Of a DNA stretch of 64,000 bases, positions 1-14,518 are shown piece by piece. The stretch comes from the human T2T-CHM13v2.0 reference genome, Homo sapiens. The stretch lies in NCBI RefSeq assembly GCF_009914755.1, contig NC_060931.1. One strand, given 5' to 3'. The notes below the pieces were generated by a model. That model was not told where the DNA came from, searched no databases, and saw nothing but the letters and a program-made list of their open reading frames with translations. The position numbers and the translations under genes are program-made. Within the stretch, counting starts at the first letter, position 1. Every line of letters starts with the position of its first letter.

Positions 1-140
1 GGCTGCTATGGAGGCACAGCTGATGAAATTATTCATATAGAATTGGTACACAGACATATTATATTTGATGACAGTCGGTTATCTTCCCTCCATTGTACCA
101 GACAGTGCCCCTTAGGGACATGCACATGGCATCTTGCCCA

Positions 141-462
141 TTTTTTTCTTTTGTTTTGTTTTGTTTTCTTTTCTTTATTTTTGAGACATCTCACTCTGTT
201 GCTCAAGCTGAAGTGCAGAGGCATGATTTCAGCTCACTGCAACCTCTGCCTCCTGGGTTCAAGTGATTCTTCGGCCTCAGCCTCCTGAGTAGCAGGGATT
301 ACAAGTGCACACCACAACGCCCGGCAAATTTTTTGTATTTTTAGTAGAAACGAGGTTTTGCCATGTTGTCCAGGCTGGTCTTAAACTCCTGAGCTCAGGC
401 AGTCTGCCCGCCTCAACCTCCCAAAGTGCTGGGATTACAGGCAGGAGCCACCACTCCTGGCC
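141..462 (-). mobile_element. Alu SINE (AluS/J-type)
   Basis: T-rich tail, then the antisense Alu dimer ending ...GAGCCACCACTCCTGGCC; degenerate TSD TTGC(C/T)CATTTTT on both sides. Confidence 0.95.
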
Positions 463-1944
463 TTTTGCTCATTTTTCTACCTTCTGTGTCTAACTTACTG
501 TCAAGTTCATAGGAGGCACCCAGTAAATATTGGCCAAATAAAATTGTCTTCATTTACAAAAGAAAAATAAACCTTGATAATATGTGTAAATTGTTAAGCA
601 TGCTTGCCTGGTACCATAAAATAATACAAAATAGCCCTGCACAGTCTTTTATGGAGATGTCTTCATATAAAGGCAGCATAGAGAAGACAGCACATTGACT
701 GCATGGTGACCCATCGGAAAGTGCTTTTAATACCACTGGGAAACTGAACTGCCAGGGCCATCTCCAAGGAAGAACAAAGCTTCAGAGAGTGTGTGGGATT
801 GGAGTAGATGGGGAAATGGATGTAGGGTATTTCAAGCTAAAGGAAAAACAGATAAAAGTCAGCTTTGGGAATGGGCCTCATAGGTTGGGGAATAACAAGA
901 CAACCTGCCCAACCAAAGTGAACACACATTTGGGATAGAATTTAGGTTGCCTGAACTGCTTTGGATTTTTCTAGATATAGAAAACTAGGCTATCTTTTTT
1001 GTCCTTCTGTGTAATCTCCCAACCCTAGTTGTCATTGTATCCATTGAAGAATGGTCTCTCTGTGTCCTTGGGATGCTTATATTTGCTCCTTTTGGTCTGC
1101 GACATTTTTAAAGAGTTGCAATTTCCTGTTGTTTGCATACATATTCTGAAAAACTGTATTTATGTTAATGATTAGATACAAAAGGTTTCTGCTAATATCC
1201 CCCACCTGCTAGGAAATTAATTTGGGTTCTACATTTGTCTAGAAAGGGTCTAAGTATTATCACCCTGATTAAAAATTCACCTAAAAACTTCTGTGTCTCT
1301 GTGTTGCATATAGAAACATCAATATGGCTTCCATATGCACTTGTTATTGGAGGAAAAAATAGATTAAGAATCCCAATACATTAATGATAGCCATGAAATT
1401 TAGCTCTCTGCTGATCTTTGCTTAAAAATTATATTCAGCAAAAATATATATATATGCACACACACATATATATGCATACATATACTAACACAAAAATAAT
1501 TTTGGCATATAGATGGGTGTAAAAGTGAAAATGTAACTCATTTATTCAAATGTGTAAGCTAAACGTATTTGGAAAAATAAATAGAACAGTGAAAATCATT
1601 AAAATTAACAACCTTTATGACATTTTCTGGGAAATTTATGACTACCAAGTGTTGAAGACCATGTTTGAAAAGAAAAAAAAATTAGAAGGCATAAATAAAA
1701 AAGTTAAGTCATTAAATGATAAAATATTCTAAAGAAATTTAAGATAAGGTGACAGAATACAAGCATGGTAACTTTCTTAACTTTTAGAAGAAAATGTAAC
1801 ACTGAAGTTTAAGTTATGCCAAGCTATAATTTTAACAATTTTCAGAAGAATATATAACAGTGTATAAAAATATCCACGTAGCAGAAAGAAACACAGACAA
1901 CAAAATGAATTTAAAGTTTATGTCATATGTTGTACTTGTGCTTC

Positions 1945-3110
1945 TGGGTAGACGGAGTAGACATCCTTTTCTCCATTCCTCCCACTAAGTGCAGCTAAAG
2001 CCACTGGGCATTACACGTAAAACAAATGTAAGACGACTCTGAAAGAAGGAGGGAAGAAGGCAGACCACCTGGGGAGCTTGCGACTGGAGGAAGAAACCAG
2101 GGGTGAATTCCTTGGGTTTTCTTTTTGCCTTATATCTCCAGACTAGGTAGTTGAGAGGCTGACACAAAACCCTAGTGTGTGCAAACAAACATGCCCCAAG
2201 AAATGCTCATCTCTTGCCAAAGACCAAGGAATGGGCAATCTAAGACAGCGGCCACTCTAGTCCAACAAGGACCACATAGGACACCAGAGTCCACTTCTGG
2301 TGCCACAAGGAGAAGTCGACTGGAGAGCTTTGCCAGGCTGCAATGTGGCCCCAAACTCCCACCAGGATGGCATCAGAGGAGGCCAAGTGAGAGACTTCCC
2401 ACTTCTACCCACACAGTCAGGGGCTGCGCTCCCCGTGGTGTCAATGCAGACCCTGTAGACAGCTGGACTTTTACCTGCACCCTGTGTAACAAGGTGCCCC
2501 CTACCCTCCACTGGGGGTTGTCCAAGGAGCCTAGTAGAGTCGGGATGGTCACTGATGCTCGGAGATAACGAGGCCCCTGCCCTAGAGTGTCAGTGGGGAC
2601 TCCACAAGGAGCGGTGATGAGCTTCTTTGCTTCTGGCCATGGTGTTTTGTTGTGGGTAGTGGAGGGTCTGAATCCCACATCACCCCACAGCAGCAAGAAG
2701 CCCTTCCTCCAGTGCCTTCCAAGACCAAGTGCAGAACCTGAAGTGTCCCTCCCCACTGGCAGTGTCATGAGAGGCCCACTTCCTCTGCAGTGCAGTGTCC
2801 GAGAGGGCCTGCAAAACAGGACGCTTAAGTAATATCTTGGGTACCCAGGGGTAGGGCAGTGGAGGGAGACAGTGTGACTGTGGCATAGCAGGAGAGAGGG
2901 CTTGTGGTGGGGACGCAGTTCCATGTCTTGACTGTGTTGGCTGTTAATGGAATCTACACGTGGGATTAATGACCCAAAATGATACACGCACACATGTAGC
3001 ATTGGCAGAATCTGAGGGAAGGGTGGGCACCTGGGACCCCTTTGTACTATGACTGCAATTCCCTGTGAATCTATCATTGTTTTACCAAGAAATTCTTTTT
3101 GAAAAGTATA
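1945..3110 (+). mobile_element. Ancient L1M (L1MC/MD/ME-like) fragments, 5'UTR-like and 3'-end-like
   Basis: By-eye resemblance to old mammalian L1 5' region (TTCCTCCCACTAAGTGCAGCTAAA...GACTCTGAAAG) and 3' end; highly diverged. Confidence 0.45.
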
Positions 3111-3825
3111 TGCCATGTGTCAGAGATGGCATAATATGATTGTTATTATATCAATAAATGTGATTAGGATAAAACTTTTAATTAGGAAAGAAAGTATATC
3201 TGATTAAAGAGTATATTCCTGCGCAAAATATGGAAATAGGTATGCAAACATGTTTGTATGTGCGTGGGGAATTTTGGGATGGATACACAAACTCTGGATA
3301 GTGGGGCTGATAATTGAGAAGAAGCTAGGAATTTGCATTTTATTTCTGCCTTTCTATACTACTTGCAAATTTTACTATGGGAACTAATCACTTTCATAAT
3401 TGAAATGAGCTACCTGAAGGCTGTAAAGAAAGAAATGATCTTGAAAACATAATATTTTAAAAATCTGCTTATAAATAATACTAAAACCAAATTGAATTAA
3501 ACCACAGAAGTCTGGATGGGGAAATAATTTGAATGCAAGGTACATAGAATATTTGAATATATTTGTTCCAAAATTGACATTTTTTTGGGTTTCTTTCCAA
3601 TCATGCCCAGTGTGTGGTACAGTTACACAGATACATCATGGTTGTGCATTTGTCTTGCATCTGCGTAACTAGTTAAGCACAAAGGCAGGCCCAGGAGCCA
3701 GTGTAGAAACAATATTTTGCAATTTGGGAGGCAAGAACCTTCAAGCAAATTATTATAAAACACTCAAAGTCTTTCCTGGGGCCATGTTTTGGCTTTCGAG
3801 GTCTGTGTAATTGCTTGTCCTCCTC

Positions 3826-4118
3826 CCTTTTATTTTGAGACAGAGACTCGCTCTGTCCCTTAGGCTGGAGTGCAGTGGTGCGATCTCGGGGCTCACTGCA
3901 AACTCCACTTCCCGGGTTCAAGCAATTCTCCTGCCTCAGCCTCCTGAGTAGCTGGGATTACAGGTGCATGCCACCATGCCTGGATAATTTTTGTATTTTT
4001 AATAGAGACAGGGTTTCACCATGTTGGTCAGGCTGGTCTCCAACTTCTGACTTCATGATCTGCCCACGTTGGCCTCCCAAAGTGCTGGGATTACAGGCAT
4101 GAGCCACCACGCCCGGCC
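3826..4118 (-). mobile_element. Alu SINE (AluSg/Sc-like)
   Basis: Full antisense Alu; perfect 10-bp TSD TGTCCTCCTC at 3816-3825 and 4119-4128. Confidence 0.96.
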
Positions 4119-5759
4119 TGTCCTCCTCTTTTTTGTCTCTCTCCTTCCCTGATATTTGGCACTTTAAGATTTCTGTCCTCATTCATTCTACTGTGCCTTC
4201 ATTCCACAAATCAATTGTTGAGCATTTACTGTGTGACGGGCAGCCTTCTGGGCATTGAGAATACAGCTGTGAGGAAAGGAATGCCACTTCTGGAACGCAG
4301 CATGCATACCAGCTTTGGGTGGACCTCTGATGGCCACTTTTCATTTTACCACGCCTCAGTCTCCTAGACAACAGTGTGGTGTCCAACAGGGAGCCGGAAC
4401 TGGGTGGATCAGATTGTTGTCAGATTGACCGATTGTTTCGGGTACTCTTTACCTGCAACCTTAGGCATAGACAGCGGCCACCCCTTCTTATAACTGCAAG
4501 GAGCTCGTGCCCCTCATCCACTGTCACCAAATGCTACTCTGTGATTCTATGTGCCTTGCCATCAGGCAGCCACGAGGAGGGAAGCTGAGATTTCATCGGA
4601 GAAGCTAATTGGGGCATGGAATTGTATTTTGAAACTTGTGCTCCATTTTATTATGTGTTTATAGGAGACTGAAACAGAACAAGGAAAAACAAATTTGGGC
4701 TCAACAATAATGTACTTGTCTCCTGGTTACAGCTTTAATCATGTATTAAACTGTATAAATCTTTTTCAATTATATTAATTTAACTCACTATCAATGGCAG
4801 TGGATTGATGGCAGAACATTTTCAGTTTTCATTGTTAGCCAAAAAGCCCTCAGCGAAGTAAATAACTTAGGAAGAAATATGTAACTCTTCTCTGAGATGA
4901 GCTTGGAAGGGTTTCAAAGCTTTGGTCATTGGATTTTCATTATTTACCATAGCAAAACCTGCTGAAAGAGCACCTAATGCTAAATAATTCCTTCTTATAC
5001 TCTTTGTGCACATTTAAAAAAATGAAACAGTGATTGGCATGGCCTAACACAGGTCTTTGATTAATGGTCTTAAGAATTTTGCAAGCTTTCTCAACTTTCC
5101 AAGAGCAATTTGACCTATGAAGACAGCCTTTGGTAGACCCACAAAGGGGTCCACAGAGATGAAGAATAAGAAGTGTCTGATTGAGCATGGACAGGAGCTC
5201 TCTTTTCTCTCCCTGTTAATTTCGAATTGGCCACTGTTTAATCATTCTTGTGCTCGTGCTTGGTAACAGTGGCTGTGGGGCTGGGGAGTGTGCTGTGTTA
5301 CACATGGTCCATCATGAGTAGAATTTTATCTCATACCGAATTTAATATTCTTATGACTTAAGAAACAGAATCGCACCAGGGATAACAATAGCTTAAGATA
5401 TATTTCACACATTTTGTCTGAAGAGCTTAGGCAAGAGAGAAAATACGTCATTCTATTAAATACTGACTGCTTCACTTCCAATGAAATAACGGATTGATTA
5501 GCATTTCCTAAGCAAGCTGTTCTGCATTTATTTGATTCACTTAGCGTCCATACATATAACTGATTTAAACTTAACATTCTTCCTACACTTTTACAGATCA
5601 CATCAGGGAAAAAGGAAGATTTTCATGGAATAAATTAACTTACACTAAAAACAATTTGAGCACAGAAACATTAGCAGAATGAATATTTATGAATTTGCAA
5701 TTAATTTTACCGATTTTATTGTGTATTACTTACTATGTAATATGTGACTAATTTAATGT

Positions 5760-6700
5760 ACTCATTTATGTAATAGATGTCTACAGAGGACCAACAAGGG
5801 GCCCAGCACTGTGTAAGTGCCAAAATTACAACAATAACAGTGGCAAACAAACTCCCTATTTTCATAGCGTTAATATTCTAGAGGAGGAGCTAACATTTCC
5901 AAAGGCAGCTCCACGTTTTCTATGACCTATAAAGAAGAGGTGAGATGATGTTGCCTGCATGTGGCTGAGTGAAAGGCAGCCAGCAAAGACCTCTCAGAGG
6001 AAGGAAATTGACACCTGACCTGAAGCCCAAGTGCATGAAGAAACTAAGCTACGAAGAGGGACAGAGAGGAGGTCAGTGAGGCTACAGCAGGGGGTGGCAA
6101 ACGTTTTCTATAAAGGGACACATAGTTGACGATTTTGGATTTATGGCCCAGACAGTCTGTGTCACAATGACCCCCTTTTATTTGGCAAGTAAAAAGCAGC
6201 CACAGTAATATGTAAGCTATTATGCTAATAAAATTTATAGATGGACACCGACATTTACATTTCATATAATTTTTTGTGTCACAAAATAATGTTTTTTTAA
6301 TTTTGTTATACCCACTGAAAAGCATAAATACCATTCTTAGGTCACAGGCTGTATAACGCAGGCAGTGGGCTGGGTTTGGCCCATGAGGCGATTGTTTGCA
6401 GACCTCGGGCCAAAGACCAGAGAGGGAAGAAGATGAGGGGGCTGAGGTGGGCTCTAGGTCACTGTAGACCTTAGAGAAACTAGTATTTTGTTCTAAGAGA
6501 ATTGCAAGCCATGGAGGGAATTTAAGCAGAGGAGAAGCGGTCTGATTTATGATTTCATAAAGTTCCCTCTGGTTGCTGTCATGAGCGCCTCATAATAGGC
6601 AAGTGTGGAAGCAGGAATGCTGTTTAGGAGGCTATTCTAAGAGGCTACAGGTGACAGGTGCAGGGTGGTGGGGGTTTCAACCCAGGTGAGAGAAGCAAGT
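5760..6700 (-). mobile_element. L2 LINE remnant interrupted by MER58B
   Basis: L2-like 3' motifs (CCAGCACTGTGTAAGTGC; GCCATGGAGGGAATTTAAGCAGAGGAG...TCTGATTTATGATTT) on both sides of the MER58 insertion. Confidence 0.6.
6088..6408 (+). mobile_element. MER58B (hAT-Charlie non-autonomous DNA transposon)
   Basis: Starts CAGGGGGTGGCAAAC, ends GTTTGCAGACCTCG (degenerate TIRs); ~320 bp with MER58 internal motifs. Confidence 0.8.
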
Positions 6701-7956
6701 GGGTATGTGAGTGTATGAACAAACCATATTATATCTGTTCTTCCTCTGCAGCCTCCAGCCTGGCTCTTTAAATAACCAAAACTTATGGTTGTAGCAATAA
6801 AAACTAGCCTACTTTAGATTTCAGCTTAATTATATTACCAACCACATACATGTTTAATCTCTTCTTCTCGATTTAAACGAAAGCAAGGACAAATCCTCTG
6901 TTCTCTGCTGGTAAAAGGGATATGTCAAAATCTCCAGCCACGAGGGGGCTCCTGTCATCATGCCTCATGTGTTCATAACTACAATTTATGACGCCTCCTT
7001 CTGTACACTGATTTCAGTTGAATGCTTCTAGAGAATACTGTTGAACTGAGTCTGATGATACAGATGTTTGCATTTTATGAAAAAACAACATTCTAATGCA
7101 GTTCATGGATATCCTCCACTTTTCACAAGTTGCTTTTGTAGGCTAGTGGTGTGTTCTTCCCCAGGCAGTTTGCCTGATGCCAAGGACTTAGATACATCAT
7201 TTGCCATCAGTGGAAGTCTGAATAGGATGGAGGGATATATAAATAAGTCAAGAATGCGTGACCCAGAGTGACATATTATACTGGAATGATGGTATACCAT
7301 GAGAATATGTGGCATAAGGTAGTTAGAGGTTTTGATGTCCTATGTTTAGCAGTGATTTTTTTCTGTAAGCACACGGTTGTTATTCCAAAGATAATATGTA
7401 CTTTCAAGCATAAGTGACTTTATTTCAATCTATAGTCTCTTTGAGTAATTTTTATTCTTCCATTTCCAAGACTCATGTCGTGTTGGGGCAATAGAGATAG
7501 TGTACTGTAGAACTGTTAGAATCCCAAATGCCTCCCCTTGCACTCATGGAAGCTCAGATGTGGGGTGGTATTAGAAGGATATACTTGCTTATTTCTCAAT
7601 GTGACACAGCTAAGGTGCATATCATTTTCCTTTGCCGTGTATGGAAAACTTAGCACTCATCTTCAACATTTGTTTAGAGATTTGGGCTACATGGTATCTC
7701 TGGTTGAGGCCTGGCAGTTTTCATGGCAATGCGAAAATGTTGATTGAATGACTTCCTAAAGTATTCATCTCTTGCCTGTGCTTCAGTGGAACTGCATGCA
7801 CGCTGCAAAGGGGATTTTCCAGAGTTGTGGATGCAACTAATCTCCTAAATAGATCTCCATCTCTAGTCCTCCATCACCCAACTCCACTCATGTCATACGC
7901 AATCTAAAACGTAATCCTCTTTTTGTATAGGCATAAGCATGATTTACAAACTCTCA

Positions 7957-8290
<334 letters not shown>

Positions 8291-8609
8291 GGTGGGGGTG
8301 TGTGGGGAGAAGTCAAATTCACCTATCTGGCTTTGGAATCTCTCTACACTACATAGTTGGCATGCACTCATGTCTTGCTGTACAACATGGTCCTAAGTAA
8401 CTCTATCATAGGACTGAAAAACCTTGGCTCACGCATTTCCTACCAGTGGGACCAAGGACAATGCATTCTGCTTTCATCTCTGCAGCCTTTAAGACACAGC
8501 TAACCCTCCAGCATAAGGATTTCCATGCCTCACATTGTCTTAAAATATCTGTTGTACTTTTTGCCTTGTACTTTAAACTCCCAACTTCTTGGTTAATAGT
8601 GTGAGTATG

Positions 8610-8925
<316 letters not shown>

Positions 8926-8989
8926 TTAAAATATATTTAGGAATATAATGGTAAATTAATTTCTTTCTATGCTAATACTGTCAGCCATG

Positions 8990-9310
8990 GTGTAGATCTG
9001 GAGCAATGTGCTTAACCCTCTGGGCCTCAGTTTTCTAAGTCAAAATTTCCTGAGTCTCAGTTCATTTATATGTAAAATGAGGATAAGAACCTCCACTTTA
9101 CTTGCTTCTTCTAAAGGTTAAATTGTACAATAAAATGAAGAGCCCAGCAGCATGTCACGCATCAGGGATTAGCATAGTTGCATATCACCTTTTGGTTTAC
9201 ATAGAATTTCACAAATATTATCTCATTTGATTCTTGAAACAATGAGATGGCCAGAACATGTTGTTTTGCATCATTTTATAGTTGAGTAAACTGAAGTCAG
9301 GAGGGCCTAT
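8990..9310. mobile_element. MIR fragments (both orientations)
   Basis: MIR core motifs CTTAACCCTCTGGGCCTCAGTTTTC, TGTAAAATGAGGATAA and antisense CATTTTATAGTTGAGTAAACTGAAG. Confidence 0.65.
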
Positions 9311-11889
9311 TAGCAAGCTGCATTTGCTGGAACTGCCTATTCAATAATTATTTAATAAATAAACAATTTAGGGCAAGGAGAATGTGTCTTTTCATATAGA
9401 GAAACAACGTGGCAAATGTTAATCCAGTTAAGTAGGTACATCTTAATGCTAAATGATTATTCGGGTAAATATAGCTGGAGCATTTGTATTTTCACTCGGC
9501 AATAACTATTAGCAAGTACTCTGTACAATATCTCAGCAACTCAATACAGTGCAAGGCTCCTCTTGAGGAATGGTAGTATTAAGAGAGAAGTAAGCAAAAT
9601 TGACAAGGAAGAACTTGTTTATCTTGGCTAAAGTAACATGTAGGTGCCCCCTCATTCTTGTTATATATGCAGATAACAGATTATAAATAGGTGTGATGTT
9701 AGTGAATCCAGAGGGGAACTAATGGAAGAAAACTGAATTTATTTCTGTCTAACATATTGTTTCTTGTCAGTTTCCTTCCTTTGTAATATAATTTTTAACA
9801 AAATGCCTGACAAGTAATTTAGTGACAGATGTGATTAATGCTGACGTGGCTTTTAAGTAGCAGTGAACAGTTAGAGGAAGCATTGTTGTAAAAATAAAGG
9901 CTGTCTTCCTGGTGTCTTTCAAATACCTAGAAAACTAAAAGACTAAGTTTGCCCTCTACTGGAATTCAGAATTATACCACTGGCGGTTTTATGACTGTGT
10001 GGAAAAAAAAAAAAGGATCTGTGTATTTTTCGTTTCCAGGTTACAAATTCAAGCCTCCTTTTACCACCTTGGTTAATCCGCTTTAGTATTAGTTCTATAC
10101 ATACATAAGATTCTGTGAACCAAATGCTCTCAAGATAGAATTTCCATTCCCATGGAAGCCGGCTGTGAGGGCAGGTGATCAGGTGCTCTACACAAGGATT
10201 ACAGCAGGAATTTTGGCTCTCCTACTCATTTTGCAAAATATGAATAATCACCTAACACACAGTCTGGGGTTTTAGTAGTTTTTGATTGGTGTTAGGAACT
10301 TAAAATAACCCCAAGAATAAAATTGTGCCAGAACCTAGAACATCATCCAACGATTGGTTTTGAGGACAGACCTAAGAGCAGCCAAAAGGGAAAGGGGGTG
10401 TTACGGAGGCAGAAAGCTGCTTACTGGCCTTTTCTAAAAACTGCACTTCCAGTTCACTGGCTCTGAGCATGCCTGGTACAACAGTCCAGGGGGTGGAATT
10501 ATTACGGCAGCTGCCCTGGGACCAGTGCCAGTAGAGGTCTGGAGACTCTAGGGAAGATAAAGGTCAAAAAGATGGATCACAAGACCCGTCAGCAGGAAGT
10601 AAAGCTGGTTTAGGCAAAGCAAAGTGCAGCCCTAATTTGTCCTCTCCCTCTGGCTAAACATCATTTAGTCTTCCTCTTCCTTATCTGATCTCCAAACACC
10701 ACCAGCCAATGCCTATATTTTGTTGTAACATGAACATTTATACGTGCACACTCAGTGGTGCACAGATTTCAGAAACTGGAAAATAGGACGTTTGCCACGC
10801 TGGAGGCCAATGCAAATCAACAAATCAAACCCTTGTGTGCCTCTTTCTGGCTCAGATCTTTTTCACAATTTATCGCGTTTGGCCAAAGGTTCAGAGAGAA
10901 AATAGATGCAATATTATCTATCAAAGCTAGAGTGAGCATTTGTACGTGGGGTGGGGGTACAGGGGGAAGAAGAGTGCATCCCAGACCCTATTTTACTCTG
11001 ATATTTAGACTTTAGTATCTAATATAGCAGTTTGCTCTGATTTTAAAATAGCCAGGGAAAAGTGGGTTCAAAAGTTACCTATGCCTCCATAAAGGACATT
11101 ATATAATTTATCTTTGCTGGTCCTCTGGAATAGTAGAAACTGGCTCCTATTATCTAGATCAAGGTGTTTTATTGTAAAAAGAGAATAATGACATTTGTTT
11201 TCTCAGTTTGTAGAAACATAGTCAGTGGATTAAATTTTATACATGTTTGAGCTTTCTCTCAATATTTTTCATAAAACGTAGGTAGCCTGCCAGTACTTAT
11301 CCCTACCAGAATGAAGCTTCTTACAGTCTCTGATAAGGCATGATGCATGTTTTGATGTAAATATTTTAAGTTTATTGTAGCATTTCATGCCCATGATATA
11401 TTAAACCAGGTCATGAATTCCAGGGCTCTGCCCCATGAACAATATTAGACTCACTCTGACTTCCAGTTAAAATTACTCCCCAGGTTCAGATAAATTGTGA
11501 AAATAAAAGATACTTGGATTACCCTCTATCTTGTGGCTCATAAGAGAGTGGCTGCTGCGGAGGCTGGTCCAGCAGCATCCTTGGTCAGTCAGGGCCATCG
11601 GTGTGCCTACATCCCAGGCGGAGGGATGCAACGTGCTCATTGTAATCATCATGCCACACCGCCAAGAAAATATTTGACACTGAGGTCAGAAGACAGGGAT
11701 TCATAGAGTTTCTTTTTAGATCATAATCACTTCTAAACCATGGGGGGTTAAATAGGATTCTCCTTCAAGGAAAGTGAAAACTTTTGAGGTGTTTTCTTTC
11801 TCAAAGTATACAATTTGTCCATTACAATGGGATGGTGCACAATTTTATATCTACTAAAAATGTGTTTTTTTTTGTTTTTAATCCAGGAT

Positions 11890-12135
11890 ATTCACAGCAA
11901 TAGCTGCCAATGTTTGGCCCTCAACAATGGGTCACAAGTATTATGATAACTAACTAATCTAGCATCGCTACAATTCTGCAAGGCAGATGTTCTTGCCTCA
12001 AGCTTTAGTTAAAGAAATAGAAGCCCAGACAGCTTAAATACCTTAACCAAATTCACTTAGCTAATCAATATGAGACACTGGATTCAGACTCAGGTTTTTC
12101 CAATACTCACACTCATCTTTGTGCCATGCTACCTT
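11890..12135 (-). mobile_element. MIR
   Basis: Antisense MIR motifs (GAAATAGAAGCCCAGACAGCTTAA...CTGGATTCAGACTCAGGT). Confidence 0.55.
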
Positions 12136-12287
12136 TCCAGGAAACCTGTTAATTAAAAATCCCTTTTCTACTCAGAATATATACTTTTCAATGCTAATAC
12201 AGACCGATTTTCCTACTGTCTTATTGAATGTATAGAGGGTCACTGGTAACATCAAATAACAATGCCCTTTTCCAGATCTTTGTAGTT

Positions 12288-12580
<293 letters not shown>

Positions 12581-13544
12581 TAGTTCTTATAAAAGTCCAC
12601 TACCTGTGTCTCAGGCAGGTATTATTGAAGCTAGTTTTGGGAAGAGAGCTACTTCAGAAAAGAAAGGCAAGTACAATCATGAACAGGTGTCATAATAGGG
12701 CCAGTATAAAATTTCTCAAGATGGTAGGAAAAAAATGTGTCTACACGTTAAACCACAAACTTCATACTGGGCATCCAAGAAGTGGACCAGAACCAGGAAT
12801 CCCATGCATAAGGGTTCCACTGGATTCCACACTCCGAGCAGCAGTTGACTGTTGAGTCAAGGTTGCAAGGGACCAGAGTCCACAGCCACAAACCCAGTGG
12901 AAGGGTGGGGAATTCTGCCAAAGAGAGACAATTTCTCTCTCCTCCATGCTAGGCTGTCCTCTGTGTTTCAGTGGAGATTTCAGTGAAGAATTCAGTGGAA
13001 TTTCTTCACCCTGATGTTGAAATTAGCAGGAAGTTACCCCTGGATAATAACTCTGCCCCTGATTGACTCAGGTAGAAAGAAGTGAGAATTGTGTTACCAT
13101 GTAACTATTGTTGAAACAGCAAGGTGAAGACAAAGGGAAACATGAAAATAAGAGAAAGAGAATGGGATACTGAGTAACAAAGGATGTCTGTGAGAATCAT
13201 TGAGAGGTTCCACTGATTAAAATAACAGAAACCAAGTTAAGAGTGAAATAGCGTATAGTAAGTATTTTATGTCACCTCATTCCATCTTAATGCCTTGGTG
13301 TAAGAAATGAGAAACGTTTTCTGAAACTGTAACAAGCAAACAGTTAATGGCTAGGTCAAAGTACTGGAAATCACATTTGGCCTGCAGCTGATTTTTCCAG
13401 CAGATGACATTTGCTTTAGCTTAAACTAAAATAAAGGAACATTATTGCTCTGATTGTTCCAGCTTATAAGTGAAATTCTTTCCCACTTAAAATTGAAAAA
13501 TTAGGAGCATTCCTGGCACGTGAATGATATTCAGTACCCAACAC

Positions 13545-13724
13545 CAGTGGTTCTCAAATGTGCCATTTGAGTCAGTTTCTAAACGTTGTTGAAACTGATT
13601 GCTGGACCCACCTCCAAAGTTCCTGATTCAGTAGATCTAGGGTAGAGCCTGAGAGTTTGCACTTCTAAGAAGTTTCCAGATGCTGCTGCTGCTGCTGCTC
13701 AGAGGACCACACTGGCAACCACTG
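13545..13724. mobile_element. MER5A (hAT-Charlie MITE)
   Basis: TIRs CAGTGGTT...AACCACTG; core CTGATTCAGTAGATCTAGGGTAGAGCCTGAGAGTTTGCA. Confidence 0.88.
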
Positions 13725-14328
13725 CTCTACACTAATGTGAACCGTGGCATGTGTCTCGCTATCTGATGTTACTCTTCTGTTTTCCCCCATTGGAAACAAC
13801 AAACTATGAGGAAAAAATATCTGAATTCTTACACTGGTATCATTGACTGGAAAAAACAAATAGTCATTAATTTGACAATTGTCATCTTTTAATTTGGTGG
13901 GTTAAAATCTGACAGGATGTGACGCCAAGGCATTTCATCCTTAGTGGTCCCTTCGAGGTTTCACACATTATTTCTTTGCTGAGACCTTGAGAGCACAATT
14001 ACTTGCCAGAGGTTTTGCAATGCAATGGTGAGGAATGCAGAATGTTGGGTTCAGCTGATGGATCCTGAACGCTAACCAGAAGGCACACGTGTGCACACTT
14101 AGGCTTAGAGTCCTCTTCCAGGCTGACTAGTCCAACCTCAGACAGCCACAACAGTAGGGAGAAGTCCCACTGGGCAGGCTCCTTTCTGAAGTCACAGCTG
14201 CATGGACAGATTTCTCTCCTACACCTGACCCTCTGGGGTAGAAAAACACACGTTTTCACAGTAGACATCAATAGACTCTTTCAAGTTAATTTCATGGAGG
14301 AACCTAAATCATCGTGTGCTCATGGATC

Positions 14329-14518
14329 CAGTGGTTCTCAACCTGTCCTTTGCATCACAGTCACTTGGAGGACTCACTGGAAAACAGCTTGCTGGGAACC
14401 GCCCCCCTGTTTCTGATTCAGAAAATCTAGGTCTGATTCTAGGATCCAAAAATGTGTTTCTGATTCCCAAGTGAGGTTGTTGCTACTGGTCTTGAGGTCC
14501 ACATTTGGAGAACTGTGG
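14329..14518. mobile_element. MER5A
   Basis: CAGTGGTTCTCAA start, TTTCTGATTCAG core, ...CACATTTGGAGAACTGTG end. Confidence 0.75.

Noticed and set aside
43-493. Alu-derived ORFs here and at the other Alus
   Set aside because: Typical antisense-Alu translations with no evidence of exonisation from sequence alone.
2373-3116. 247-aa minus-strand ORF
   Set aside because: No recognisable domain, overlaps decayed L1M-like sequence, and has no splice or promoter support.
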